Source: Methanoregula sp. (GTDB lineage: Archaea > Halobacteriota > Methanomicrobia > Methanomicrobiales > Methanospirillaceae). From it: 64,000 bases of DNA. Made by a program: the position numbers and the translations under genes. Below, in pieces: positions 9,199 to 18,951 of the stretch. The stretch is taken from contig PLLR01000058.1 in NCBI GenBank assembly GCA_003141335.1, positions 1,009-65,008 on the forward strand. Reading direction: 5' to 3'. The number at the start of each line of letters is the position of its first letter. Position 1 is the stretch's first letter. The notes beneath the pieces are model-generated. The model was not told the DNA's origin and searched no databases. It saw only the letters and a program-made list of their open reading frames with translations.

Positions 9199-9965
9199 TG
9201 AAGACATTTGTCACGATGGGGCGCGGGGGCACGGGAAAGACAAGTTTTGTCGCCCTGATGGCCAAATACCTGATCCAAAAAAAAGCAACACCTCTGCTTC
9301 TTGTTGATGCAGATCCTGACCAGAATCTTGCCGAAATGGTAGGTGTTGATCTTGAAGCATCCGGTAAAAAAACGATCGCTGAGCTGCTGTCTGATACGTT
9401 CATTGCAAAGGGTGGGACGACCGTTGGCATCGCTCCGTCAAGCCGGATTGAGAGTAAAATCTGGGAACATGGTCTCTATGAGGGAAATAATTTCGATCTC
9501 TTCTCAGTTGGAACAAAATGGGTGGAGGGATGTTACTGTCTCCCGGATGCTGCCTTGAAAAATGCGCTGGGGGCAATCACCAAAAATTACCAGTACATTC
9601 TTATCGATTCCCCGGGGGGACTCGAACACCTGAACCGGAAGATCGCCAGTAAAGTTGATACGATATTTGATGTTATGGGACCTTCCAGCAAATCATTTCA
9701 GCATGTGAAACGGGCACATCGCATTATTCAGGAAGTCGGAATTACCTTCAACCGGTTCTACATTATCGGAGGTTATGCATTTTCAGAAGATCTCAAGCAA
9801 CGGGTAACGACAGATACCGGTCTTCCTTATCTTGGGAAAATTGCAGATGATGAGGTAGTTGCACAGTATGTTCTTTCCGGGAGATCTCTTCTTGATATAC
9901 CATCCACTTCACGTGCCTACCAATCAGTCGCGTTAATTCTTGACAACAGGTTACGTTTGGAATAA
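9198..9965 (+). CDS. second CooC/AcsF-like P-loop ATPase
   Basis: 255 aa. GRGGTGKT P-loop and CxC motif (CYC). TGATG overlap with the first cooC. Confidence 0.8.
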   Translation: MKTFVTMGRGGTGKTSFVALMAKYLIQKKATPLLLVDADPDQNLAEMVGVDLEASGKKTIAELLSDTFIAKGGTTVGIAPSSRIESKIWEHGLYEGNNFDLFSVGTKWVEGCYCLPDAALKNALGAITKNYQYILIDSPGGLEHLNRKIASKVDTIFDVMGPSSKSFQHVKRAHRIIQEVGITFNRFYIIGGYAFSEDLKQRVTTDTGLPYLGKIADDEVVAQYVLSGRSLLDIPSTSRAYQSVALILDNRLRLE

Positions 9966-10051
9966 AAGCCGGTGAATTGCGGACTATGACGGTGGTCTCT
10001 TAGATAGCCTTATGTTTATGTCTGGTAATGTATTGATAATTTGGTCGGGTT

Positions 10052-12412
10052 GTGGTAGAATTGAAAAGGGATAGTATAAACGTTAAAATCAAAGAATTAA
10101 ATTCTGATATTGCGCACTTCCGGGACCTGAGCATTACCATTGGCGCAATCACCAAAGAAACCTGGGTGGAGCCGATGGGACCGACCCCCTACCCTTCTTT
10201 GACTACATTACGTAGTTGGGACCTGAAACTGCTTGAACGATATAAGCCATTTTATCTTCCCTTTTGCGATCTCTGCTGCATGTGCACATACGGGAAATGT
10301 GACCTGACCGGCAATAAACTCGGAGCATGCGGTATTTCCATGGCCGCCCAGCAGTCGCGAACCGTGCTGCTCGCTGCATGCATCGGTGCATCAACGCATA
10401 CAGCCCATGCCCGCGATCTTCTTACCCATTTAATTGAGCGCTATGGTGGAGATCATCCCATCAATGTGGGAGAGTTGAATGTTGATATTGAAGCTCCTCT
10501 GACACGACTCGTCTGTGGCATAAAACCCGTGAAACTGGGTGATTTTGAGGAAGTGCTGGACTACTGTGAGAGGCAATTGACCCAGCTTCTTTCAGTAACG
10601 CATACCGGGCAGGAAGGAAATAATCTGGACTTTGAGTCCAAGGTATTCCATGCCGGTATGATTGATCATGTGGGCATGGAAGTTGCTGATATTGCCCAGA
10701 TCTCTGCGCTCGGGTTTCCTAAATCTGACCCGGAAGCAAGCCTTGTCGATCTTGGTCTTGGAACCGTGGACATAAAAAAACCCGTCATCCTGGTGATCGG
10801 GCATAATGTCCCCCCGGCAATTGAGATCATCGATTATCTCAAGACCCGGGATCTCATGTCTGAAGCTGAGGTGACCGGGATCTGCTGTACCGCACTTGAT
10901 ATGACGCGGTATTCCGCAAAAGCAAAAATTATCGGCCCTATATCATGGCAACTGCGCTACGTACGCAGCGGTGTTCCTGATGTAATTGTGATCGATGAAC
11001 AATGCGTACGGGCCGATATCCTGCAGGAAGCCCAGCATATCCACGCTCCCCTGATTGCCACGAGCGGGAAGAACTGTTGCGGGCTTCCTGACCGGACCCA
11101 CGATGTACCTGATGAGATCGTTGCTGACTTTGTGAGTGGAAAAATTACGGGTGCACTTATTCTTGACCCTGTCAAAGTCGGTGAGGTTGCTGTAAGAACT
11201 GCACTGGCGATCGCGCCGAAGCGAGAAAAGCACAAACTCCTGCCGACCCATGACGAGCTTATAAAATTGGCAAAAAAATGTACCGACTGCGTGCTCTGCA
11301 GGAGAGCATGCCCCAACGATCTTCCCATTTCATACGCAGTCAAGGCCGCGGCTCAGGGAAATATGAGCGGACTCGATGAGCTCTATGATGACTGTGTCGG
11401 CTGCGGGCGGTGTGAGTCAGCATGCCCGCAGAAAATTCCTGTTCATAGTATCATCGTCGCTGCAGCAGAAAAAAAGACCAGGGATGAGAGATACCGAATC
11501 AGGACCGGGAGGGGTGCAATACAGGATATTGAAATCCGGAAGGTTGGTGGACCACTTGTGCTGGGAGAAATTCCCGGTATTGTTGCTTTTGTCGGCTGCG
11601 CAAATTTCCCCAAAGGTTCACGGGAAGTTGCAGAAATGTGCATGGAGTTTGCCAAGAGACGGTATATTGTCTGTACATCAGGTTGTTCTGCGATATCAGC
11701 CGGTATGTACAGGAATGAGGAGGGCAAGACCGCATACGAGATGTATCCCGGATCCTTTGAAGCCGGGGGCATCGTGAATGTAGGCTCCTGTGTTTCAAAT
11801 GCCCATATCTCCGGAGCCGCAATTAAAATTGCAAGTATCTTTGCCAGACGACCCCTGCGGGGCAATTATGAAGAGATTGCTGATTATGTCTACAACCGTG
11901 TCGGGGCAGTTGGTGTTGCATGGGGTGCAATGTCCCAGAAAGCGGCATCCATTGCTGCCGGTTTCTGGCGGCTTGGTATACCTGTTGTTGTGGGCCCACA
12001 CGGCACTAAGTACCGCCGCATGCTGCTGGGCAGATCAGATAAAGAACAGGACTGGTATGTTTATGATGCCCGGACCGGTGAAAAAGTGTATGGCGGACCG
12101 GTACCTGAACACCTCTTCTTTGCCGCAGAGACCAAGGAGGAAGCAATGGTTATGATCGCAAAGCTGACGATGCGTCCGAATGATACGAGCAAAGGAAGGG
12201 CAATCAAGCTGACCAATTATATAGACCTGCACAAGCGCCTCATTGGAGGTATGCCCCACGATGTCCACCTCCTTGTCCGAAAACGGGCTGATATCCCGTT
12301 GACGATGAAAGAGGATATTGAAAAAATCTTAAAGGAAATGGAATGGACAGAGCACGAGATTCCTGATCCGACGCTCCTCTCCCGCATGATCCGAAAATCA
12401 AAGGAGGCCTGA
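10052..12412 (+). CDS. cdhA: CODH/ACS alpha subunit (Ni-Fe CO dehydrogenase)
   Basis: 786 aa. It has a Cys-rich N-terminus (CDLCCMCTYGKCDL) and an inserted 2x[4Fe-4S] region (CVLCRRACP, CVGCGRCESACP). GTG is the first start after the in-frame stop at 10037. Confidence 0.93.
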   Translation: MVELKRDSINVKIKELNSDIAHFRDLSITIGAITKETWVEPMGPTPYPSLTTLRSWDLKLLERYKPFYLPFCDLCCMCTYGKCDLTGNKLGACGISMAAQQSRTVLLAACIGASTHTAHARDLLTHLIERYGGDHPINVGELNVDIEAPLTRLVCGIKPVKLGDFEEVLDYCERQLTQLLSVTHTGQEGNNLDFESKVFHAGMIDHVGMEVADIAQISALGFPKSDPEASLVDLGLGTVDIKKPVILVIGHNVPPAIEIIDYLKTRDLMSEAEVTGICCTALDMTRYSAKAKIIGPISWQLRYVRSGVPDVIVIDEQCVRADILQEAQHIHAPLIATSGKNCCGLPDRTHDVPDEIVADFVSGKITGALILDPVKVGEVAVRTALAIAPKREKHKLLPTHDELIKLAKKCTDCVLCRRACPNDLPISYAVKAAAQGNMSGLDELYDDCVGCGRCESACPQKIPVHSIIVAAAEKKTRDERYRIRTGRGAIQDIEIRKVGGPLVLGEIPGIVAFVGCANFPKGSREVAEMCMEFAKRRYIVCTSGCSAISAGMYRNEEGKTAYEMYPGSFEAGGIVNVGSCVSNAHISGAAIKIASIFARRPLRGNYEEIADYVYNRVGAVGVAWGAMSQKAASIAAGFWRLGIPVVVGPHGTKYRRMLLGRSDKEQDWYVYDARTGEKVYGGPVPEHLFFAAETKEEAMVMIAKLTMRPNDTSKGRAIKLTNYIDLHKRLIGGMPHDVHLLVRKRADIPLTMKEDIEKILKEMEWTEHEIPDPTLLSRMIRKSKEA

Positions 12413-12414
12413 CA

Positions 12415-12954
12415 ATGCCTTTGGCTGAATCCTGGCAGACTGCAGAAATTCCCGGGCCCAAAAAAGCGTCCCTCATTATCAAACCGGATATAGCAGATGC
12501 AATCATCCGACGGGCAAAACGCCCGATTATGATTGTCGGTTATGGTGCGGTCGAGTACGAAGTTGAAGGCATAAAACTGATTGAATGTCTTATTGAGCTT
12601 GCAAACAAGGGAAAAATTCCGGTTGTCGTGACTGCCAGTACAGCAAGGGAGTTCCTCAACCGCGGTTTTTCACCGGCTGCCCTGATGCCTGCAGTGGATA
12701 TAGGCAACCGTCTCACGGATCCCGCATGGAAGGGACTTGATGGAAAAGAATCCTATGATCTCGCGATCTTTGTCGGTCTCCCGTATTCTATGGAATGGAC
12801 AATCCTTTCAGGACTCAAGCACTTCGCGCCGTCCCTCAAAACCATGACATTGGATTGTGTCTACCAGCCTAACGCCAGCTGGTCGTTCCCCAACAGTACA
12901 ATAAAAGACTGGGCAGCAAACCTCAAAGGAATCGTCGAAAACCTTGGGGACTAA
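12415..12954 (+). CDS. cdhB: CODH/ACS epsilon subunit
   Basis: 179 aa, immediately after cdhA. Size and position match the archaeal cdh operon. Confidence 0.85.
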   Translation: MPLAESWQTAEIPGPKKASLIIKPDIADAIIRRAKRPIMIVGYGAVEYEVEGIKLIECLIELANKGKIPVVVTASTAREFLNRGFSPAALMPAVDIGNRLTDPAWKGLDGKESYDLAIFVGLPYSMEWTILSGLKHFAPSLKTMTLDCVYQPNASWSFPNSTIKDWAANLKGIVENLGD

Positions 12955-12966
12955 ACGGAGTATACC

Positions 12967-14370
12967 ATGTTTGAGAACATCCCGGTTGAAGTCGGGCTCG
13001 TTCATGAAGGTGAACGCATCCGGAAGAACGATATGCATGTCGAGCTTGGGGGGCCTTCAATCAGCGAAAAGTTTGAGATCGTCCGGGTCCGGGGAGGCAA
13101 TGATATCACCGATGGTTCAATACATATTATTGGACCTGATATCAGCGCCATGGAAGAGGGGAAGAGTTACCCGATTGGTATTCTTGTCGAAATTTCCGGT
13201 GCTAAACTCGAAAAAGATCTTGAAGGAGTCATCGAACGCCGGATCCATGAATACACCAACTATATCGAAGGGTTCATGCATCTCAACCAGCGGTACGATA
13301 TCTGGATCCGATTGTCAAAGAAGTCGTTTAAAAAAGGGCTCACTTCATTCACGCAGATCGGGAATGTGATGCACGAACTATTCAAAAATGAACTTCCGTT
13401 TATTGAAAAAATCCAGATCACCTTCATTACCGATGCAAAAAAAATCCATCCGCTCTACACTGAGGCTCTCACAGTTTATGAAGCACGGGATGCCCGGGCA
13501 CGCGGACTTACTGATGAGGATGTTGATACGTTCTATGGTTGTGCTCTCTGCCAGTCATTTGCCCCCACCCATGTGTGCGTAATCACCCCGCAGCGTTACG
13601 CAAACTGTGGTGCAATCAGCTGGTTTGATGGTCGTGCAGCGGCTGGAATCGACCCAAAAGGTCCGATTTATGCCATTAAGAAAGGTGAATGCCTTGATAC
13701 CGAGAAGGGAGAATATTCGGGTGTAAACGAGAGTGCAAAGAAACAATCGATGGGTGAAGTGAAACGTGTGCAGCTGTACTCTGCATTTGGCTACCCCCAT
13801 ACTTCCTGTGGCTGTTTTGAGGGCATTGCATTTTACATTCCTGAAGTGGAAGGATTTGGGATCGTATTGCGTGGATTTCGTGATGTAACGGTAAACGGGC
13901 TTGGATTTTCAACCATGGCAGATTCGACTGCAGGAGGGCGGCAGGTTGAGGGATTTCATGGTATCTCGATTGAATACATGCGGTCCAGAAAATTCATGTC
14001 AGCTGACGGGGGATATGACCGTGTAGTCTGGATGCCGCTTGAGACTAAGGAGAAGATCAAACCCTACATACCTGAGAGTGTCTATGAAAAGATCGCAACA
14101 GAAAAAGATGTCAGGACTATTCCTGAGTTAAAAGATTACCTGATTTCCCATCAGCACCCGGTTACCCAATTGTGGGAGGCAGATGCATCGCTGGACAAGA
14201 CAACCGCTCCGCAGATGCCGGTTTTTTCTGCCGGAGATATCCCCCTCACTGCCGGAGGGGTCCGCATTATCCTGAAGAATGCCAGGATCACCGCAGAAAA
14301 AGTGATCATCCAGCCGGTGAAACCACACCAGCCCCGAGGGGGTGAGCATGGTGGCACAAAAAAATCATAA
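12967..14370 (+). CDS. cdhC: CODH/ACS beta subunit (acetyl-CoA synthase, A-cluster)
   Basis: 467 aa. Contains CALCQSFAPTHVCVITPQR and the SCGCFEG Cys-Gly-Cys A-cluster motif. Confidence 0.93.
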   Translation: MFENIPVEVGLVHEGERIRKNDMHVELGGPSISEKFEIVRVRGGNDITDGSIHIIGPDISAMEEGKSYPIGILVEISGAKLEKDLEGVIERRIHEYTNYIEGFMHLNQRYDIWIRLSKKSFKKGLTSFTQIGNVMHELFKNELPFIEKIQITFITDAKKIHPLYTEALTVYEARDARARGLTDEDVDTFYGCALCQSFAPTHVCVITPQRYANCGAISWFDGRAAAGIDPKGPIYAIKKGECLDTEKGEYSGVNESAKKQSMGEVKRVQLYSAFGYPHTSCGCFEGIAFYIPEVEGFGIVLRGFRDVTVNGLGFSTMADSTAGGRQVEGFHGISIEYMRSRKFMSADGGYDRVVWMPLETKEKIKPYIPESVYEKIATEKDVRTIPELKDYLISHQHPVTQLWEADASLDKTTAPQMPVFSAGDIPLTAGGVRIILKNARITAEKVIIQPVKPHQPRGGEHGGTKKS

Positions 14371-15586
14371 GAATCAGCTGATACATGAGCAGCTCCTCAC
14401 GCTTGCGCCGCAGTTGCTCGAACTCTTAAAGGGCGTGCAACAGGTTGAATTAGAGAACTTCGCGATGGATATTGGCAATCTTGAACTTTTTATTCCCATG
14501 GGACGCACTACAGATGCACTGGATACCGTCTCTAACCCGAATAAGCCGGTGAAACCTACTCAACTTATCCCGGATCATTTTGTGCCGCATATCACGGAAT
14601 ATCCCGGAAAAATCCGGGAAGTTACTCTTGGGGCTACGAAAAGCAATGGTGGAACCCGTGGCAGTACAATCACCATTGGTGGGTCAACAGCACCTGCATT
14701 CACTGATTTTTCACATCCACTGGTTCACCCGCCAGCAATCGCTCTTGATGTCTTTGACATGCCTGTCAACCTGCCAAAAGTTCTCAAAGAGCATGTACAG
14801 GAGGTCATGGGGGACCCGGCCGAGTGGGCACGGATGAACGTGAAAAAATTCGGAGCCGATATTGTCACTATTCACCTTATGAGCACAGACCCGCTGATAC
14901 ACAATACCTCGCCTGCACAAGCAGCAAAGACCGTTGAGGAGATCCTGCAGGCAGTCGATGTCCCCCTTATAATCGGAGGGTGTGGGGACCCGAAGAAAGA
15001 TGCAGATGTTTTTACAAAAGTCGCCGAGATGGCAGATGGCGAACGCCTGCTGCTCAACTCTGTTACCCTCGATATGGTGGAGGCAAAGACCCTTGAACGT
15101 GTCGCAACGGCTGCACGGGATCACGGGCATTTAGTACTTGCTTTCACCGGACTTGAACTGAACAATGCAAAAGAACTGAACCGTCGTCTCTATGAATACA
15201 TCCCCCCGGAACGGATTGTGATGGACCTCACAACGGTTGCACTCGGGTACGGGCTCGAATATTCTTTCTCCATCCACGAACGGGCACGGCACGCTGCACT
15301 GATGGGCGATACTGAGCTTGCACACCCGGTAATATCCGCGTCCACGAATGCATGGGCGGCACGCGAGGCATGGATGCAGATGGCACCGGAATACGGACCA
15401 CGGGAACTCCGGGGTCCGATCTGGGAGACTATCAATGCAATTACCCTGCTTCTCGCTGGCATCGACATTTATATGATGATGCACCCTGCCGCGGTTCTTA
15501 CACTCAGGGACATAATTAACCGGCTCGGCACAACCGGGCATGTATCATCAGACAGGATTGACGACTGGGTGAGTGTGCGGGTATGA
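14348..15586 (+). CDS. cdhD: CODH/ACS delta subunit (corrinoid protein small subunit)
   Basis: About 412 aa. ATG at 14348 (the ORF track uses GTG at 14342). Overlaps the cdhC stop. The order A-B-C-D-E is conserved. Confidence 0.85.
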   Translation: MVAQKNHKNQLIHEQLLTLAPQLLELLKGVQQVELENFAMDIGNLELFIPMGRTTDALDTVSNPNKPVKPTQLIPDHFVPHITEYPGKIREVTLGATKSNGGTRGSTITIGGSTAPAFTDFSHPLVHPPAIALDVFDMPVNLPKVLKEHVQEVMGDPAEWARMNVKKFGADIVTIHLMSTDPLIHNTSPAQAAKTVEEILQAVDVPLIIGGCGDPKKDADVFTKVAEMADGERLLLNSVTLDMVEAKTLERVATAARDHGHLVLAFTGLELNNAKELNRRLYEYIPPERIVMDLTTVALGYGLEYSFSIHERARHAALMGDTELAHPVISASTNAWAAREAWMQMAPEYGPRELRGPIWETINAITLLLAGIDIYMMMHPAAVLTLRDIINRLGTTGHVSSDRIDDWVSVRV

Positions 15587-17031
15587 ACGGAGCACATCCC
15601 CTGCAGGAAAAGAAGCGAAAAAAGAGCATCAAAGAGATCAGCCCGATCGATGTCTACAAACTTCTCCCAAAGACCAATTGCGGTGAATGCCGGGAATCAA
15701 ACTGCATGGCTTTTGCTACGCGGGTTGTCAACGGGGAGTTGACGATTACCGATTGTCCGCCTCTCCTCACCAATGAACACCATGAGGCGCGAACGGAGCT
15801 TGCGGATCTCCTTGCACCCCCGGTGCGTGTCGTCACCATTGGTAAGGATGATCATAGCATCGCTATCGGTGGAAAATATGTCCTCCAGCGCCATGAGTTT
15901 ACGTATCACAATCCGCCACCGGTTGCCATTGATGTACATGATCTCATGCCTGAAGCTGAATTGCTGGATCGGGTCAGGCAGATTGAACAATTCTCGTATA
16001 ACTATATCGGGAGAAAGCTTGTGCTGAATGCAATTGCGATCCGGTCCACATCCCATGACCCCTCAGTCTTCAGGCAAGCGGTGAAAAAGATTGCAGAAAT
16101 CAGCCAGTATCCCGTTATTCTCTGTTCTTTTGATCCTGCAGTAATGGAAGCCGGCTTGTCGGAAATCCCTGCCAGCCACCCGCTTATGTATGCCGCAACA
16201 CGCGAGAACTGGAAATCAATGGCAGAACTTTCCTTAAAATATCACGCCCCGCTTGCGGTCTTTGCCCCCAATGATCTGTCGTTGATGCGCTCACTGACAA
16301 AGACCCTGCATATGTCTGGTGTTTCTGATCTTGTACTGGATCCTGGCACCTTTGCAGAAAACGGGCTCCCCGACACGATCAGCAATTTCTCTCTGATCCG
16401 GACACAGGCATGCAGAGATCATGATGAACTGTTCGGTTTCCCTATCCTTGGTGCGCCTATTGCGGTATGGGCGGGAGAGGAGATCTCTGAAGAAGTTCTG
16501 AAATGGAGAGAGGCGATCACAGCGTCCATGCTCCTTTCCCGGTACGCAGATCTGCTCATCATGCACAGCCTTGACGGCTGGGTGCTGCTCCCCCAATTGA
16601 TCTGGCGGTTCAATCTCTACACTGACCCGAGAAAACCCGTATCGGTGGAGGCCGGAGTAAAAATTTTTGGGAAACCGGACCGGGACTCCCCGGTTCTCAT
16701 GACCACCAACTATGCACTCACGTACTTCACGGTAGAATCGGATATCAAGACCGCAAACCTCGACTGCTATCTCGTTGTTGTCGATACCGGAGGTATCAGC
16801 GTCGAGAGTGCAGTTGCCGGGAGGATTTTTACCGCTGAATCGATTGCATCTTCGCTGAAGGCATATGATATCAAAAGTCTTGTCAACCACACCACTCTCA
16901 TCATCCCGGGTCTTGCTGCCAGGATTAGTGGTGAAACCGAAGACATATCAGGTTGGCACATTCTTGTCGGTCCTAAGGATTCTTCAGGACTGTTACACTA
17001 TATCCGTGAGCACTGGCCACCGGAAGCGTGA
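15583..17031 (+). CDS. cdhE: CODH/ACS gamma subunit (corrinoid Fe-S protein large subunit)
   Basis: 482 aa. N-terminal [4Fe-4S] motif CGECRESNCMAF...C. ATGA overlap with cdhD. Confidence 0.9.
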   Translation: MNGAHPLQEKKRKKSIKEISPIDVYKLLPKTNCGECRESNCMAFATRVVNGELTITDCPPLLTNEHHEARTELADLLAPPVRVVTIGKDDHSIAIGGKYVLQRHEFTYHNPPPVAIDVHDLMPEAELLDRVRQIEQFSYNYIGRKLVLNAIAIRSTSHDPSVFRQAVKKIAEISQYPVILCSFDPAVMEAGLSEIPASHPLMYAATRENWKSMAELSLKYHAPLAVFAPNDLSLMRSLTKTLHMSGVSDLVLDPGTFAENGLPDTISNFSLIRTQACRDHDELFGFPILGAPIAVWAGEEISEEVLKWREAITASMLLSRYADLLIMHSLDGWVLLPQLIWRFNLYTDPRKPVSVEAGVKIFGKPDRDSPVLMTTNYALTYFTVESDIKTANLDCYLVVVDTGGISVESAVAGRIFTAESIASSLKAYDIKSLVNHTTLIIPGLAARISGETEDISGWHILVGPKDSSGLLHYIREHWPPEA

Positions 17032-17121
17032 AATGGAAGAACCTGCATTGTGCTCACCAACCCATAGTGTGACCCGGCACCAGGTTATTTTACACCGTAC
17101 TTCTTTCGGCAGGGATAGTGT

Positions 17122-18951
17122 ATGAATGACACAGTCCGTGTCGTATTCCATCCCTTGAATAAAGTTATCAGCATAGCAAGAGGATCTACGGTTCTTGACG
17201 CAATCCGTCTGGCAGCAATCCAGTTTGAAAGTATCTGCGGGGGAAAGGGGGAGTGCGGAAAATGCAAAGTGATATTCTTACATGGCTCATGCACTTTTAA
17301 CTCTCCGGAAAGCACGGGGAAACTATCACCCGATGAAATTACCCGGAATTATTGTCTGGCCTGTAAGACGTACATTACTGGCAATTGCGAATTCATAATT
17401 CCGGTTGAGAGCAGGATCGATGCACCCCAGATTCTCAAAAATTTCTGTTGGCCTGAAGATATCCTCTTTCCCTCCACAAACAAGTACCGGATTGCGGAAA
17501 GTCCGATGACACAACAACCCTTCGGTCATCGCTCAATCCGGCTTGAGGGATATAATGGTGAGCGTCCTCATATGTCAAAACCGCAGCAGGAGAGGCTGGT
17601 CAGTACACCAGGGCCGTTCATCGTTACAATAAGCCGGACAAACGGCTATCCAGAAGTGATCGGCATTAACGTGGGTGACGCAACCGATCAGAATTATGGG
17701 ATTGCTATTGATCTTGGAACAACTACGGTTGTCGGCATGCTTGTCAATCTGGCCAACGGAAAGGTCTGTGCATCAGCTTCGGTCCTGAACCGCCAGATTA
17801 CCTTCGGTGAGGAACTCATCACGCGGATAGCCGCTGTGAAGGATGACGGTGGGAGAGAGACATTGCAGATGGCAGCAATGGACAGCATCAATGAAGTTAT
17901 TGATCAAATGGCGGCAGAGATTCCCGTGGATGTAACTACGATAAATGATGTCTGTATTGCCGGCAACACTGTCATGATTTACCTCCTTACCGGACGCGAC
18001 CCTTCAATTCTTGAGTTGGCGAATGCAGAAATTCCCCGTGTACCAATTATCTTAAGGGCTCAGGATCTCAGACTTTCTGCAAACCCTTACGCCTATGTGT
18101 ACTGCCTGCCTAATGTAAGCCGGTTTGTTGGAGGTGATGCTGTCGGGGATGTAGTTGTATCCGGAATGCATTTGTCCCGGGATCTTTCGCTCCTCATCGA
18201 TTTAGGCACCAATGGTGAGATAGTCCTTGGCAATGAAGACTGGCTTGCATCCGCTTCGTGTGCATCCGGTCCGGCATTTGAGGGGGCCGGGATCACTTCC
18301 GGTATGCGTGCCATGCGGGGTGCAATAGAGCATGTGTCAATCGATCCCACAACAGCACAGGTTTCCTTTACAACAATTGGGAATGAACAACCGAGGGGGA
18401 TTTGCGGGTCCGGAATTATAGATGCAGTTGCCGGCATGGCAGGGTCCGGCATTCTCGATTTTACCGGAAAACTAATTGAGGGAAAACCCGGTGTAAGGAG
18501 AGGAGATGAAGGACCGGAATTCGTTCTCGTTCCCAAAGAAAATACAGCAACCGGGCGTGATATTAGTATTACCCGACCGGATATGGCATACCTGATGGAC
18601 TCAAAGGCAGCAGTATGCGGTGCGATCGGGGTACTGATGAAAAAATACCGGATTTCTGTCGGTGATGTCAGACATGTATACCTTGCCGGAGCGTTTGGTG
18701 CATATGCAGACATACACAATGTTGTAGCATTCGGCATTATTCCCCGGTTTTTTAATGCAGAATTCCATCCGATTGGCAATGGGGCACTCTCTGGTGCCTA
18801 TGCCGCTCTCCTCTCGCAGAAAAGAAGGCGGGAAGCAGAATCTGTAGCAAAAAAAATGGTTTATATCGATCTACTCATAGATTCCGATTTCATCGAAGAA
18901 TATTCGGCAGCGATTTACATCCCGGGTAAAAAAGACTATTTCCCGTGTTAA
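17122..18951 (+). CDS. RACo-like reductive activator of corrinoid Fe-S protein ([2Fe-2S] ferredoxin + ASKHA ATPase)
   Basis: 609 aa. N-terminal plant-type ferredoxin motif CGGKGECGKCKV. ASKHA-like DLGTTT / DLGTNGE phosphate motifs. Lies 90 nt after cdhE. Confidence 0.8.
   Translation: MNDTVRVVFHPLNKVISIARGSTVLDAIRLAAIQFESICGGKGECGKCKVIFLHGSCTFNSPESTGKLSPDEITRNYCLACKTYITGNCEFIIPVESRIDAPQILKNFCWPEDILFPSTNKYRIAESPMTQQPFGHRSIRLEGYNGERPHMSKPQQERLVSTPGPFIVTISRTNGYPEVIGINVGDATDQNYGIAIDLGTTTVVGMLVNLANGKVCASASVLNRQITFGEELITRIAAVKDDGGRETLQMAAMDSINEVIDQMAAEIPVDVTTINDVCIAGNTVMIYLLTGRDPSILELANAEIPRVPIILRAQDLRLSANPYAYVYCLPNVSRFVGGDAVGDVVVSGMHLSRDLSLLIDLGTNGEIVLGNEDWLASASCASGPAFEGAGITSGMRAMRGAIEHVSIDPTTAQVSFTTIGNEQPRGICGSGIIDAVAGMAGSGILDFTGKLIEGKPGVRRGDEGPEFVLVPKENTATGRDISITRPDMAYLMDSKAAVCGAIGVLMKKYRISVGDVRHVYLAGAFGAYADIHNVVAFGIIPRFFNAEFHPIGNGALSGAYAALLSQKRRREAESVAKKMVYIDLLIDSDFIEEYSAAIYIPGKKDYFPC

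Noticed and set aside
18093-18779. A 228-aa ORF antisense to the RACo-like gene. Similar antisense ORFs occur at 14711-15130, 15131-15541, 16291-16890 and 20501-21040.
   Set aside because: All lie fully inside strongly supported cdh/RACo/hppA genes. They have Pro/Arg/Ser-rich junk-like translations and no start context.
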